This document shows, one piece after another, positions 1 to 9,421 of a stretch of DNA of 45,696 nucleotides. The notes under the pieces are model-generated. The model was given only the letters and a program-made list of their open reading frames with translations, ran no database searches and was not told the origin of the DNA. How positions within the stretch are numbered: the first letter of the stretch is position 1; every line of letters begins with the position of its first letter. The stretch comes from Klebsiella phage KP591P1: the sequence record NC_071147.1. One strand, written 5' to 3'. A program made the position numbers and the translations under genes.

Positions 1-242
1 TGATTCCCGGAGATTCAGGTAAGGTTATCAGCAACAAAGACCTTACCGGCGGTGGTAGTGGTATCGTTATTTATAATAACGTCACCAATACCAGCAGCGG
101 GGCAACAACCTCATCAACCGCAAGAGATAATGGGGATGGGTCTGTTACAATTGAGACGATTGTGGCAGATATCGAGGCTGGCGGGCCGATATCAAACGCT
201 ATTACCAGTCACACCACTGCAACCAGAAGGGCAACAGAATAA
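1..242 (+). CDS. tail tape measure protein, C-terminal 80 codons (same reading frame continues from 42956..45696 across the window junction; stop TAA 240-242)
   Basis: nt 1-55 duplicate 45642-45696; frame of 42956 ORF continues ...GKVISNKDLTGGGSGIV... to TAA at 240; stop overlaps ATG of next gene (TAATG). Confidence 0.7.
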   Translation, partial: IPGDSGKVISNKDLTGGGSGIVIYNNVTNTSSGATTSSTARDNGDGSVTIETIVADIEAGGPISNAITSHTTATRRATE

Positions 243-712
243 TGGCTATAGCTTACCCATCATGGCTACCGCTTGCGCAGCGTGCCAGTAAAAACATGAC
301 CACTCAGACCCCATTCCGCAGCGATCAGCCTGCGGTTGGGGCGCCAATATTTCAAAAGTTAACTACCGATGTTGCAGTAACATGGAGTTTGACGTGGGTT
401 TTCACGCTCAGGCAGGAGCGGGCATTTATGCAGTGGTTGAGAAGCCCAAATTATCTCAACAAGTGCAATGAATGGTTCACGATGGATATCGATCTTGGTG
501 GTAGCGGATTACAGAATCAGACTTTGCACTTTACTGATTATCCCGTACAGACAAGTATCAATGGCGGCATCGTTACATGGACTGGAAATGTCATCTGTAA
601 AACTCTCAATAACTCCATGGATGAGTTTGATGATGTGCTTGTTGAGCTTGATGAGAGATGGTATTCATGGCTCGATGAAGTCGTTAACAGGGATTTGCCG
701 GAGTATCCATAA
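242..712 (+). CDS. minor tail protein (distal tail/tip module, gpM-like position); alternative start ATG 293
   Basis: 156-aa ORF directly after TMP, translationally coupled (TAATG at 242, ATAATG at 712); position in lambda-like tail tip gene order. Confidence 0.45.
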   Translation: MAIAYPSWLPLAQRASKNMTTQTPFRSDQPAVGAPIFQKLTTDVAVTWSLTWVFTLRQERAFMQWLRSPNYLNKCNEWFTMDIDLGGSGLQNQTLHFTDYPVQTSINGGIVTWTGNVICKTLNNSMDEFDDVLVELDERWYSWLDEVVNRDLPEYP

Positions 713-1182
713 TGCCAACATTGCGTGAATACCAGTCAAAAAGACCAAACTGGAAGCTGTATGACACCATAACCTTTTATCATTCTTCATTTGGTTATGT
801 CCGGCTAGTTGGAAATGAGTTTTCTGATATTGTACTTGGCGGTCAGACTTACCAGCCAGTGCGTATGGATGTAACCAGAAGCCAGCAATCGAACACGCCG
901 GTAATAAATGCCACGCTGAAGTTTGCGAGACTGGCAAATGACTTCAAACAATATTTAAAGTTATGGTCAGGGTCTGGTCGTATTGAGCCTATCACCGCCC
1001 TATACCAACGCTTTGACGAGACTGACAAAGACACACCATTAAAACCATATACGCTTTATGTTAACGATGTGACGCTTGATCAGTCTGATGTAACTGTCTC
1101 TATCTCCATAAAAAACCCAATCAATGGCAACGTGGCAAAACTTTATGACATCACAGAATTCCCCGGACTGCGTACCGTTTGA
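712..1182 (+). CDS. minor tail protein (tail tip module)
   Basis: 156-aa ORF, start overlaps previous stop; between TMP and NlpC/P60 tail gene. Confidence 0.45.
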   Translation: MPTLREYQSKRPNWKLYDTITFYHSSFGYVRLVGNEFSDIVLGGQTYQPVRMDVTRSQQSNTPVINATLKFARLANDFKQYLKLWSGSGRIEPITALYQRFDETDKDTPLKPYTLYVNDVTLDQSDVTVSISIKNPINGNVAKLYDITEFPGLRTV

Positions 1183-1198
1183 CGATTTTGAGCGGCTG

Positions 1199-1603
1199 AT
1201 GGCTGGAAAGCCATATGTTGACAGATGCTGTCACGTTGATGCAGTGGACTGCTGGGGTCTGGTGGTGCTGTTCTATCGCCTGTGCATGAATGTCAATGTT
1301 CATCACGATGATTCATATTCAAGCGGCGGCGATTTTGTCACTTGTTTCAATGGAGAGGTCTCATTCTGGAAAGATACCGACAAGCCCAAAATTGGCGATG
1401 TGGTGGTTGCCTATCGCGGGAGTCATCCGGTACATGTCGCGCTGTGGTGGGGTCGTGATAAAATACTGCATGCGCGAGAGAAAACGGCAGTCAAGACAGA
1501 CCGCCTTAAAACACTCGAAAAATTATCAACAAAATTAAGGTTCCTGACTTATGCCGGTTATTCACATTCAGAAGATGCCAGGAGTTCCAAAAGAGACGGG
1601 TAA
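1199..1603 (+). CDS. tail assembly/tip protein with NlpC/P60 cysteine-peptidase domain (lambda gpK-like)
   Basis: motif [13 protein letters not shown] (Cys) ... HVALWWG (His) typical of NlpC/P60; ORF frame opens 1124 but first ATG after upstream stop is 1199. Confidence 0.55.
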   Translation: MAGKPYVDRCCHVDAVDCWGLVVLFYRLCMNVNVHHDDSYSSGGDFVTCFNGEVSFWKDTDKPKIGDVVVAYRGSHPVHVALWWGRDKILHAREKTAVKTDRLKTLEKLSTKLRFLTYAGYSHSEDARSSKRDG

Positions 1604-4031
1604 TGTTCCTGCTGGCACTAATCTGTGGAGATGGCTGGAGAATTCCGGCCTTCCATCTGATATCAGGATTGCACTGAATGGCTGCATTTTTGGCCCTGAT
1701 GATGAATTGTCGATATCGTTAAAGAAAAACGATATTGTTAACATTTACTGTCAGCCTCGCGGCGCCATTGGCGACCTTATCAGCACGATACTCAAGCCTG
1801 TAACTAAGGTTCTTTCTTTTCTGCTGCCAAAAGCATCAACACCATCGACCAGCACTGGCTCGACGGTTGAATCACCCAATAATAGCCTGAAATCGCAAAC
1901 CAATATTGCGCGTAACGGAGAGGCAAGACCTGACAACTTCGGACAGATAAGGGCATTCCCTGACCTGATTCAGGAATCGCTTTTTGAATACATTGACGAT
2001 CTGAAGTACGTCACTGAGTTCATGAACTTCGGCCTTGGGAAATACACCATTTCATCGGTTCGCTATGCGGAAACTAATCTTGGTTCTCTGCCAGGCGCCA
2101 CTCATGTCATCTATAATCCAGGCGATGTGATCGGGCAAATCATAGAGCCTTACCAGTTCGACGGGCTTGATGGTCAGGAGGTTCCAGGACTGAACGAATC
2201 AGAAGATACCCCGATAGAGACAGCGACCACAACATCTGTTACAAGTGGTGATTATGCTGGCGGACAGTTGTTAATGGTCATACCAAAAAATACTGATTTC
2301 GATTACTTTATGGGGTTGTCTTTACCTCACTCTGTATCATTAACAATAAATATTACCTACAACTCGACATCCGGGCCAGTCACTGAAAACATTCAGCTTA
2401 GTGGCAACATCATTTCGGCTGAGGAAACTGAAACTGGCGTCATTCCTGATATTCAGTATTTCTATAATTTCACCTTCAATAACCTGACAGGCGCAAATCT
2501 TGGCAACCTGACAGGCGCAACCATCAATAACACTTATTTCCAGATTGTGGATAATGAGGCGCTCGTTGTTGGCCCATATGTTGGAGCCGTGGAATCGACG
2601 CAGGTATGGGTTCACGTTCAGTCTGAGCTTGGGCCAACCAGTGGCACGGCAGATTATCTGATCAAGGTATGGGCGGTTGATGACAATGGGGATGCCATTC
2701 CTGGAACCGAGGAGCAGCTCGCAGACAGTATTGACAACCCATTTAATCAGACAACAAAAACCTATTATCGCACGTATAAGTTAACCCCTGCTTATGGGCT
2801 GGCTAAGTATGCTATTAGCATTGAAAGGACAAACAATTCAAACTCTGGCAACCGCGTAACGTTGCAGGCGGCGCACGCCATCAACATCCGCGAGAATGTG
2901 GTTTATCCTGATGACACCCTTGTTAAAGTCACGGTGAAGGCCACGCTTCAGCCCACATCAGTTACTGAGCGCAAATATAATGCGCTCATCACCCGATGGA
3001 CTATTGGATACAACAGAACAACCGGGACAGTCGACTATACGTTAACTCCATCAAGAAGTTTTGCAGATTCAGTGCTGCATAACTGGCTTATTACTGCTGG
3101 TCAGCCTGAAAGCACCATTGACATAGGCAGGCTCTATGAAATAGCTGATGCGCTTCCTGATGAGCGTCTTGGGTACTTTGATTACACCTTTGACGATGAG
3201 GATAAGTCAATTGGTGAGAGAATTCAGACCATCTGTGATGCAGCTCGCGTTACGGTGTTTTGGGATGATGGTGTTTTATCGTTTTCAAGAGATGAGCAAA
3301 AATCAACTCCTGAAACCGTGTTCAATACCAGAAATACGCAGGCCGACGGCTACAAAATGTCTTATGACATGACGCTCCCGGGGTCATATGATGGCGTAAG
3401 CGTTCAGTACCGAGACCCAAATACCAACAAACAGGCATATGTTTATTATAAAGTTGGAACATCTGGTATCGAACCGGGAGAGCCAACCAAACCGAAAAAA
3501 TTCGACATGCTATATATTCGGAATCTGTACCAGGCAACAGACCGGGCTATGCTTGAGTGCAATCGCCTCATGTACTCACGTCGTGGAATGGAGATAAAAG
3601 CGCTTGCTGATGGAGAGTGGGTGAACGTTGGCGATATGATTTCCGTTGTCGACATTTATGATTCAGTACAGCAGACTGGAGTTATCCGATCAAGGTCTGG
3701 AAACGTATTTACCACCAGTGAGCAGCTCACGGCAGGAGGCGGCCTGCTTGTGGTCATCACTGGCGCCAATGGGAATGTGTCAGAGCGTCTCGCTTGTACC
3801 ATTACTGGATTGAATACATTCGAGTGCGCATTACCATCTGACTTCGAGTTAAACATTTTTGATGGTGTTAATGTTCAGTCAGAATCAAGATATGCCATCT
3901 CAACAGAGGTTGAGCTTGACTCAACGTTATGGACAGTCAGCCAGAAAACTCCAGGTGCAGATGGCACAGTTTCTCTCACCGTAACTGAATATAACGATGC
4001 CATGTACGCCTACACCAACCCTGTTGCATGA
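1551..4031 (+). CDS. tail tip / central-fibre host-specificity protein (ubiquitin-like gpI-type N-terminus fused to large J-like body)
   Basis: 826-aa ORF after gpK-like gene; N-terminal ~90 aa resembles tail assembly protein I fold context; contains 24-bp tandem duplication ([16 protein letters not shown]). Confidence 0.5.
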   Translation: MPVIHIQKMPGVPKETGNVPAGTNLWRWLENSGLPSDIRIALNGCIFGPDDELSISLKKNDIVNIYCQPRGAIGDLISTILKPVTKVLSFLLPKASTPSTSTGSTVESPNNSLKSQTNIARNGEARPDNFGQIRAFPDLIQESLFEYIDDLKYVTEFMNFGLGKYTISSVRYAETNLGSLPGATHVIYNPGDVIGQIIEPYQFDGLDGQEVPGLNESEDTPIETATTTSVTSGDYAGGQLLMVIPKNTDFDYFMGLSLPHSVSLTINITYNSTSGPVTENIQLSGNIISAEETETGVIPDIQYFYNFTFNNLTGANLGNLTGATINNTYFQIVDNEALVVGPYVGAVESTQVWVHVQSELGPTSGTADYLIKVWAVDDNGDAIPGTEEQLADSIDNPFNQTTKTYYRTYKLTPAYGLAKYAISIERTNNSNSGNRVTLQAAHAINIRENVVYPDDTLVKVTVKATLQPTSVTERKYNALITRWTIGYNRTTGTVDYTLTPSRSFADSVLHNWLITAGQPESTIDIGRLYEIADALPDERLGYFDYTFDDEDKSIGERIQTICDAARVTVFWDDGVLSFSRDEQKSTPETVFNTRNTQADGYKMSYDMTLPGSYDGVSVQYRDPNTNKQAYVYYKVGTSGIEPGEPTKPKKFDMLYIRNLYQATDRAMLECNRLMYSRRGMEIKALADGEWVNVGDMISVVDIYDSVQQTGVIRSRSGNVFTTSEQLTAGGGLLVVITGANGNVSERLACTITGLNTFECALPSDFELNIFDGVNVQSESRYAISTEVELDSTLWTVSQKTPGADGTVSLTVTEYNDAMYAYTNPVA

Positions 4032-4060
4032 TACAATAGGGCAATTAATGATTACGGAGA

Positions 4061-6199
4061 TTGCAGCCAATGGCTACTACCCCAACTAACAATCCAATCC
4101 CTTCTGAAGACCCGCGCGACCTGAAGTTTAATGCCGGTAAGATTGATGAAGAGGTCAATGGCAGCGCTGATTACTACACCGACCGATTTGGCGTGCAGAG
4201 GCTGACGAATGTCGGCAGGAATAACCAGTTTCAGGATGCGCAGACTCAGAGAGAGTCTGATTTTGTTGCATCTCAGTCAGATAAAGAAGCACGTTTTCAG
4301 CAATTCCTTCTGTCCTCCGGTTACGTTTTTCTTGGCGACTATGAGGATGGTCCATTTCAGTTCAGCGCCCGTAACCAGTACATCCGCTATAACAACCAGT
4401 ATTACCGTCTGAATGCTGCTACTGACGTCGGCTTTACGACCACCGGAACCGATGCAACCAGCTTTGCAAATGATGTTACTCATTTCGTTCTGATGGATGG
4501 TGACACTCTTCGCCAAAATTTGGGTTCAGGCGAAGGCTTTGCTTTGGTGGGGCAGGTATCATCATTTACTGCTCTGCGCTCTGTTGTTCCGTCATATGAA
4601 GGACAGCGGATCTTACTGGCGTCTCATTATGAAGGGTGGAACGCACTGGCTCATGCCCCCGGCGGGAGCGGCGAGTTTGTAGCTCGCGCAGGAACGGCTA
4701 CTGATGACGGTGGATATACATGCGTTCCAACCGGTCAAACGGCTTTTTACTGGCAACGAATCCCAAAAACTCCAGGCACGGTGTGTGCGGCAGAGTTCGG
4801 GTTGTATGATGGCGCTGCATTAGATAGCATACTAACTAACGCAATTAATTACTGCATCTCTAAAAGCATAGGGCGCCTTAGCATTCCAGCTCTTGGGCCA
4901 TCAGGGTATACGCTTTCTGGCGGGCTTGAGTTCGTCAATGGCACCAACGGGCTGGTTATTGAAGGCCCTGGAATGGCTACAAAAGGGACCAGCCCGGTAA
5001 TTACCCATACCGGTGCTAATATCGCCCTGACGTTTAAGCGGGCAGCACAAGCACAGAGCCTTTTTAATGCGGTAATTCTCAAAAATTTCACAGTAGTTGG
5101 GAATGCTCTTGCTACCGCTTTTGTCAGATTCTCAGATTTTTATGGCGGGTCAGTATTTGACTCCGTAGCTCGGGATTACACTGCTGGAACGATTATAGAT
5201 GTATACAACGACAAGGGCTGGACTGAGGTTATCAGGGTAGATAATGTCGTTGTAAGAACGTCCCAGCGTGGGATCTGGTTCCACTCAAACCCTGCATCTA
5301 CTGACGATCAGACGCTGTCTTTTTACGGCGCCAGCATTTCCAACTTTGGATTCCAGCACGGAATCACTGGGGCATCTTATGGTATCTATGTCGGTGACGG
5401 CTCACGCGCAGACAATCTGTATAACTGCGATATCGACATGATGGGATGGTGGGAGGTCGGCGGCAACAGCACAGCGCTTTATGTAGCTGATAAAGCGCGC
5501 GTTGATGGCTTTGCCAACTTCCGATACGATGGTTTTGCTGCAAATGCGATTACATCAAGCTCACAACCATGTCGTCTTGTAAGAAAGGCTGGATTGACTG
5601 GCTACGTTAAGCTGAACTGCAAAAACTATAAGCATGAGGCTGGACTCGGGCTAACTGCCGGGGTTACTTCGTTAACAATCCGTCCATGGTTAGCCATTGC
5701 AGAGGCAGTTGCAGGGGTGGCAACCCCACACCCGACTCTTCCTGGCGAAAGCATAGTCAGTGTCCCTGGAATGAAGTGTAAACTAACTGGTACTCTGTTT
5801 AAGGGCCAGAACTCAGTTATCTCTGTTGTCGGGTTGCCCCCATTCCACCGATACAAGGTAACTACACGCTGCGGATTGTCGAGTACCGCCCAGCAGCAAT
5901 ACATCGTAAATATACCGAATGGGTCTAACGGCGGCATCACCGCCCGTACTGATTCGGTGCCAGCTATCAATACCAGCACCTCCACGACAATAAACGGTAC
6001 CACCGCAACAAGTACATCAACCTCAACGGCGAAGAATAAGAATTTTGAGCCAGTTTATATCTCTAATGCTGGCAGCCTGGCTGACAACACTTACAGCGAT
6101 ACGAACAAGCAAGGTTTTGATATTCACCTTGATGGCACACAGTCTAATGTCGTTAATGCTGAGTATCCTGTATCCATTGAAATCGAAGCTATCGATTGA
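4061..6199 (+). CDS. tailspike / tail fibre with right-handed beta-helix (pectate-lyase-like depolymerase) domain
   Basis: 712 aa; Gly/Asn/Thr-rich repeats (GTNGLVIEGPG, NAVILKNFTVVGN, NCDIDMMGW) typical of beta-helix glycosidases; last large gene of tail module. Confidence 0.55.
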   Translation: MQPMATTPTNNPIPSEDPRDLKFNAGKIDEEVNGSADYYTDRFGVQRLTNVGRNNQFQDAQTQRESDFVASQSDKEARFQQFLLSSGYVFLGDYEDGPFQFSARNQYIRYNNQYYRLNAATDVGFTTTGTDATSFANDVTHFVLMDGDTLRQNLGSGEGFALVGQVSSFTALRSVVPSYEGQRILLASHYEGWNALAHAPGGSGEFVARAGTATDDGGYTCVPTGQTAFYWQRIPKTPGTVCAAEFGLYDGAALDSILTNAINYCISKSIGRLSIPALGPSGYTLSGGLEFVNGTNGLVIEGPGMATKGTSPVITHTGANIALTFKRAAQAQSLFNAVILKNFTVVGNALATAFVRFSDFYGGSVFDSVARDYTAGTIIDVYNDKGWTEVIRVDNVVVRTSQRGIWFHSNPASTDDQTLSFYGASISNFGFQHGITGASYGIYVGDGSRADNLYNCDIDMMGWWEVGGNSTALYVADKARVDGFANFRYDGFAANAITSSSQPCRLVRKAGLTGYVKLNCKNYKHEAGLGLTAGVTSLTIRPWLAIAEAVAGVATPHPTLPGESIVSVPGMKCKLTGTLFKGQNSVISVVGLPPFHRYKVTTRCGLSSTAQQQYIVNIPNGSNGGITARTDSVPAINTSTSTTINGTTATSTSTSTAKNKNFEPVYISNAGSLADNTYSDTNKQGFDIHLDGTQSNVVNAEYPVSIEIEAID

Positions 6200-6262
6200 A
6201 CTATCTATTAAAACGTTAAGATATCGCAGAATTAATTATGAAAAAAAATCATGAGGTGAAAA

Positions 6263-6406
6263 ATGGTTATCTGGAAGTGGGGTAATTTTATATATCTATA
6301 CGTAATGCTTAGTTGGGGCACTGTAGTGCATCAGGTTTTTGCTTCTGAAGCATGGATTATAGTTCTGATTACTTCGATTATCCTGGCGTTCAGATTACAT
6401 AAGTAA
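6263..6406 (+). CDS. small hydrophobic membrane protein (47 aa)
   Basis: ATG 6263 preceded by GAGGTGA RBS; MVIWKWGNFIYLYVMLSWGTVV...IIVLITSIILAF two hydrophobic segments; not in ORF track (<60 aa). Confidence 0.3.
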   Translation: MVIWKWGNFIYLYVMLSWGTVVHQVFASEAWIIVLITSIILAFRLHK

Positions 6407-6412
6407 CGCGAT

Positions 6413-6439
6413 TAAAAAAGGGCCGCAAGGCCCTTTTTT
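6413..6439. terminator. bidirectional rho-independent terminator between tailspike operon and SSB gene
   Basis: AAAAAAG GGCC GCAA GGCC C TTTTTT; A-run upstream and T-run downstream. Confidence 0.75.
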
Positions 6440-6441
6440 CA

Positions 6442-6939
6442 TCAAAACGGAATATCATCATCCATCGGCGGCTCGTTTGCCGGTGGTTTTGGCGTGTTTG
6501 ATGGCTGCTGAGGTTTACCCCATCCTGATTGCTGATTACTTCCTGACTGTTGCCGTTGTTGTGATTGTTGGTTCCCATTATCACTTGATTTACCACCGAT
6601 CATTTGCATAACACCGTTCATCGGCTGCAAAACGATTTCAGTAGTATATTTTTCAACACCGCTTTGATCTGTCCATTTTCGAGTGCGTAATTTACCCTCT
6701 ACATACACCTGAGAGCCTTTGCGTAGGTATTCGACAGCTACCTCTGCCATCTTTCCGAAGATAACCACGCGATGCCATTCAGTTTGCTCTTTCTTCTCAC
6801 CTGTCGCCTTGTCATTCCACTGTTCTGATGTTGCCAGAGAAATGTTGCACACAGCGCCGCCAGATGGCATATATTTAACTTCCGGGTCTTGTCCGAGAGT
6901 GCCTAAAATGATTACTTTGTTGATTCCGCGAGATGCCAT
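6442..6939 (-). CDS. ssb: single-stranded DNA-binding protein
   Basis: OB-fold SSB N-terminus [20 protein letters not shown]..., Gly/Gln-rich linker and acidic tail ...DDDIPF. Confidence 0.9.
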   Translation of the reverse strand: MASRGINKVIILGTLGQDPEVKYMPSGGAVCNISLATSEQWNDKATGEKKEQTEWHRVVIFGKMAEVAVEYLRKGSQVYVEGKLRTRKWTDQSGVEKYTTEIVLQPMNGVMQMIGGKSSDNGNQQSQQRQQSGSNQQSGWGKPQQPSNTPKPPANEPPMDDDIPF

Positions 6940-6948
6940 AATTTACCC

Positions 6949-7989
6949 CTAAAAGTTTTCGATGTTCTGTTGAGATGTTGATGGCTTCTCTTCTGTTGCA
7001 GATGGCGTAGGCGCCTCTGCTTTCTGGAGTTTGGCCGGGTTGAAATCGTCCTGCGGTGTGATAGTTACCGCTGCTGGCGATTCATCATTAATGAATGATT
7101 CAATGCGCTCATACTCTTCTGCTGATGCCTTCAATGTAGGCCAGATTGCACGAATTTTTGCTTTCACTGAATCAGGCAAGTTAACTGCCTCGGCAGTTAG
7201 CGCAGCAACGCCTTTCGACGCCGTCATTTGAAGTTTAGAGCGCCAGTGCTCAAACTCTTCGTCTACCTTGACTCCTGAATCCACCCATTTAATTAAACCT
7301 CGCCCATGAGCCTCACCTAAATATCCTTCATGTACACTATCACGGCCTGAATCAAAGAAAATTGGGCGCAACTCTTCTGGTAGCTTGGTAAATTCCTGAA
7401 TTTTTCCATTATCATACATCATCATGCTTACTGTCATTTCAAACATAAAATCTTTTTCGCATACAGCATGCAATCCGAGGGATTCAGGTTTCTTGGGGTT
7501 TTTAAAGCTCGTTTTCTCTCTGGCGCGTAAACATACAATGATATGCATATTGCTCTGCAAAAGAGCGCTCATGAATTTTTTATGCTCAGACTTGGCTCGC
7601 TTCCAGTCTGCCATTGCCTTACCCTGCAATAGTGGTTGCTCTGCAATATCATTGCATCCGCCTTCACCTTCCCATTCATGCGATCCTGAATCAATAACCA
7701 GAACCTTAACGCCTGCCTCCTGAAATTCCTCGATAGCCTGGCGGTAACGGGCAGGGCTAAATGGCGCATAAAGATCAGCGTGCATAAATGGACCGTCAAG
7801 CTCTCCAGAATAAAGCCTGCCACGACCATTTTCAGAGTCAAGAAATCCAATTTCTTCTGGTTTATCGACCATACCTCGCGCCATCTTTAGTGCCGTAAGC
7901 GTCTTACCGCTACCAGACTGACCTGAAATGCCAATCACTACGCGTGAACCAGAGCGCTCTGCTGGCTTAATGTTTAAAATACCCATCAC
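6949..7989 (-). CDS. RecA-like AAA ATPase (Sak4-like phage recombination protein) with C-terminal extension
   Basis: Walker A GISGQSGSGKT, Walker B VLVIDSGSHEW; adjacent to SSB and exonuclease. Confidence 0.55.
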   Translation of the reverse strand: MMGILNIKPAERSGSRVVIGISGQSGSGKTLTALKMARGMVDKPEEIGFLDSENGRGRLYSGELDGPFMHADLYAPFSPARYRQAIEEFQEAGVKVLVIDSGSHEWEGEGGCNDIAEQPLLQGKAMADWKRAKSEHKKFMSALLQSNMHIIVCLRAREKTSFKNPKKPESLGLHAVCEKDFMFEMTVSMMMYDNGKIQEFTKLPEELRPIFFDSGRDSVHEGYLGEAHGRGLIKWVDSGVKVDEEFEHWRSKLQMTASKGVAALTAEAVNLPDSVKAKIRAIWPTLKASAEEYERIESFINDESPAAVTITPQDDFNPAKLQKAEAPTPSATEEKPSTSQQNIENF

Positions 7990-8009
7990 TTCACCTCATT
8001 TATTATAAA

Positions 8010-8948
8010 TTACAGGTTAAATTGCTTTTTGAACCATTCTGGCGTTTCCATTTCGATGACCGGATTGCCCATTGAGTAACCGGGCCATGAATTGGCTTTT
8101 TTGCATGCCTTATAGATTTCCATCGCGCTGCGCAGTTGAATGCGACCAATGCGTAACTGTTCATCCGCCAGGCGAATTAACGCAGGGATGAATGGCGATT
8201 TTTTCTCCTGCACCAGAAGATTTACCGAGCGAGGCGCATGCCCATAAGCCTCGACAAACATATCGTGCTGCATTGTCATTTTCATGAAGTAGCCGAGTCG
8301 TGCTGCATGGCGGAAAAACTCATCAGGCTTGGCGCTCACCGCTGTTTTGTAGTCAATGATGTCGCCACCGCGAGTAAGGCAGTCAAAGCGTACTTTTGAT
8401 GGCTCGCCAAGCAGCTCACCGAGAATTGACACCTCGGAATAAGCACCAGAAAGCAGGCTGCTGTAATAGCTGTTTGCATGGATTACGGCGCGCATCTGCA
8501 TGATGGCATCGTAGTCATCTCCCTCCAGCAAAATTCTGCCTTTCGCATTGAGTTCAGCAAACAGGCGCTCTTCATCATAGATTCTAACTGGCTCTCCAGT
8601 TGAGCGGATGATTTTAATCACCTCAGCCTTTGTCTTGCCAGAAAGACCTTTGATGCCGCGCTCTTTAGCCCATGAGTTCATATCGTTCACAGTAACAAGC
8701 AGTTCCGCGCCAAAATCCTCTTTCGTCGGCATGCGGGCATATTCTGCTTCGAAACGCTCAGGCTCAAGCAGAGCGGTATGGCTACCGGTGCCGAAAACAA
8801 GCGCCTTTGACTGCTCGTCTTCTTCGTCTTTATAGCGCCATGCTGCCGGGCAGCGGTCATAGATGTTCCACAGGCCAGAGCCGTTGATGTGCTCTGTGTC
8901 AGCATGATATTGGTCATTACTGAGTTCGTTGTTTAAATAAACTTTCAT
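8010..8948 (-). CDS. PD-(D/E)XK family exonuclease (Cas4/RecB-like)
   Basis: motif ...RFDCLTRGGDIIDYKT... (D-x-K core); recombination module context. Confidence 0.5.
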   Translation of the reverse strand: MKVYLNNELSNDQYHADTEHINGSGLWNIYDRCPAAWRYKDEEDEQSKALVFGTGSHTALLEPERFEAEYARMPTKEDFGAELLVTVNDMNSWAKERGIKGLSGKTKAEVIKIIRSTGEPVRIYDEERLFAELNAKGRILLEGDDYDAIMQMRAVIHANSYYSSLLSGAYSEVSILGELLGEPSKVRFDCLTRGGDIIDYKTAVSAKPDEFFRHAARLGYFMKMTMQHDMFVEAYGHAPRSVNLLVQEKKSPFIPALIRLADEQLRIGRIQLRSAMEIYKACKKANSWPGYSMGNPVIEMETPEWFKKQFNL

Positions 8949-8992
8949 CCATCACCTCTTTTTATTGTTAAATCAATCTACATCAAACCACG

Positions 8993-9421
8993 TCATTCAT
9001 CAAGCCCAAAATAGAATAACGTCGCCTTTTTTATCTCGTTAAGACCATAAGCAATGGCGCCAAAGTGACCTTCTGCAATGGCGCACTCAAGAACCTCAAT
9101 CTGCGATGGCGATACTTTTGATTTTGTCTTATCGCGCCTCTTCAGCTCAATCAGGCCGCATTTATGATTAATGCCGTGAGTTAGTATCACGTTGTCGCTT
9201 ACGCCGCTCCTGACGCCCATTTTTCGGCGTTTTTCGATGAATTGCGGGCCACTCTTTGTTCCAGTCTCGTTAGGCACATGAAACCACAGGACTTCAGGGA
9301 ATCGGTATTGCATCCAAAGACCATAGGCCATCTGGTCAGTCTCTTCTTTAGGGCATTCTCCACGATAACCACTGTCGAATACCCATATCCCGCTATCAAG
9401 CTGCTTCAATTTGTTCTCCAA
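8993..9421 (-). CDS. VRR-NUC domain nuclease
   Basis: 142 aa; ...KCGLIELKRRDKTKSKVSPSQ... pattern of VRR-NUC PD-(D/E)XK fold. Confidence 0.45.
   Translation of the reverse strand: MENKLKQLDSGIWVFDSGYRGECPKEETDQMAYGLWMQYRFPEVLWFHVPNETGTKSGPQFIEKRRKMGVRSGVSDNVILTHGINHKCGLIELKRRDKTKSKVSPSQIEVLECAIAEGHFGAIAYGLNEIKKATLFYFGLDE

Noticed and set aside
468-1034. Alternative-frame ORFs 468-728 (+), 665-937 (-) and 849-1034 (-) within tail genes
   Set aside because: Fully overlapped by coupled tail genes; no independent support.
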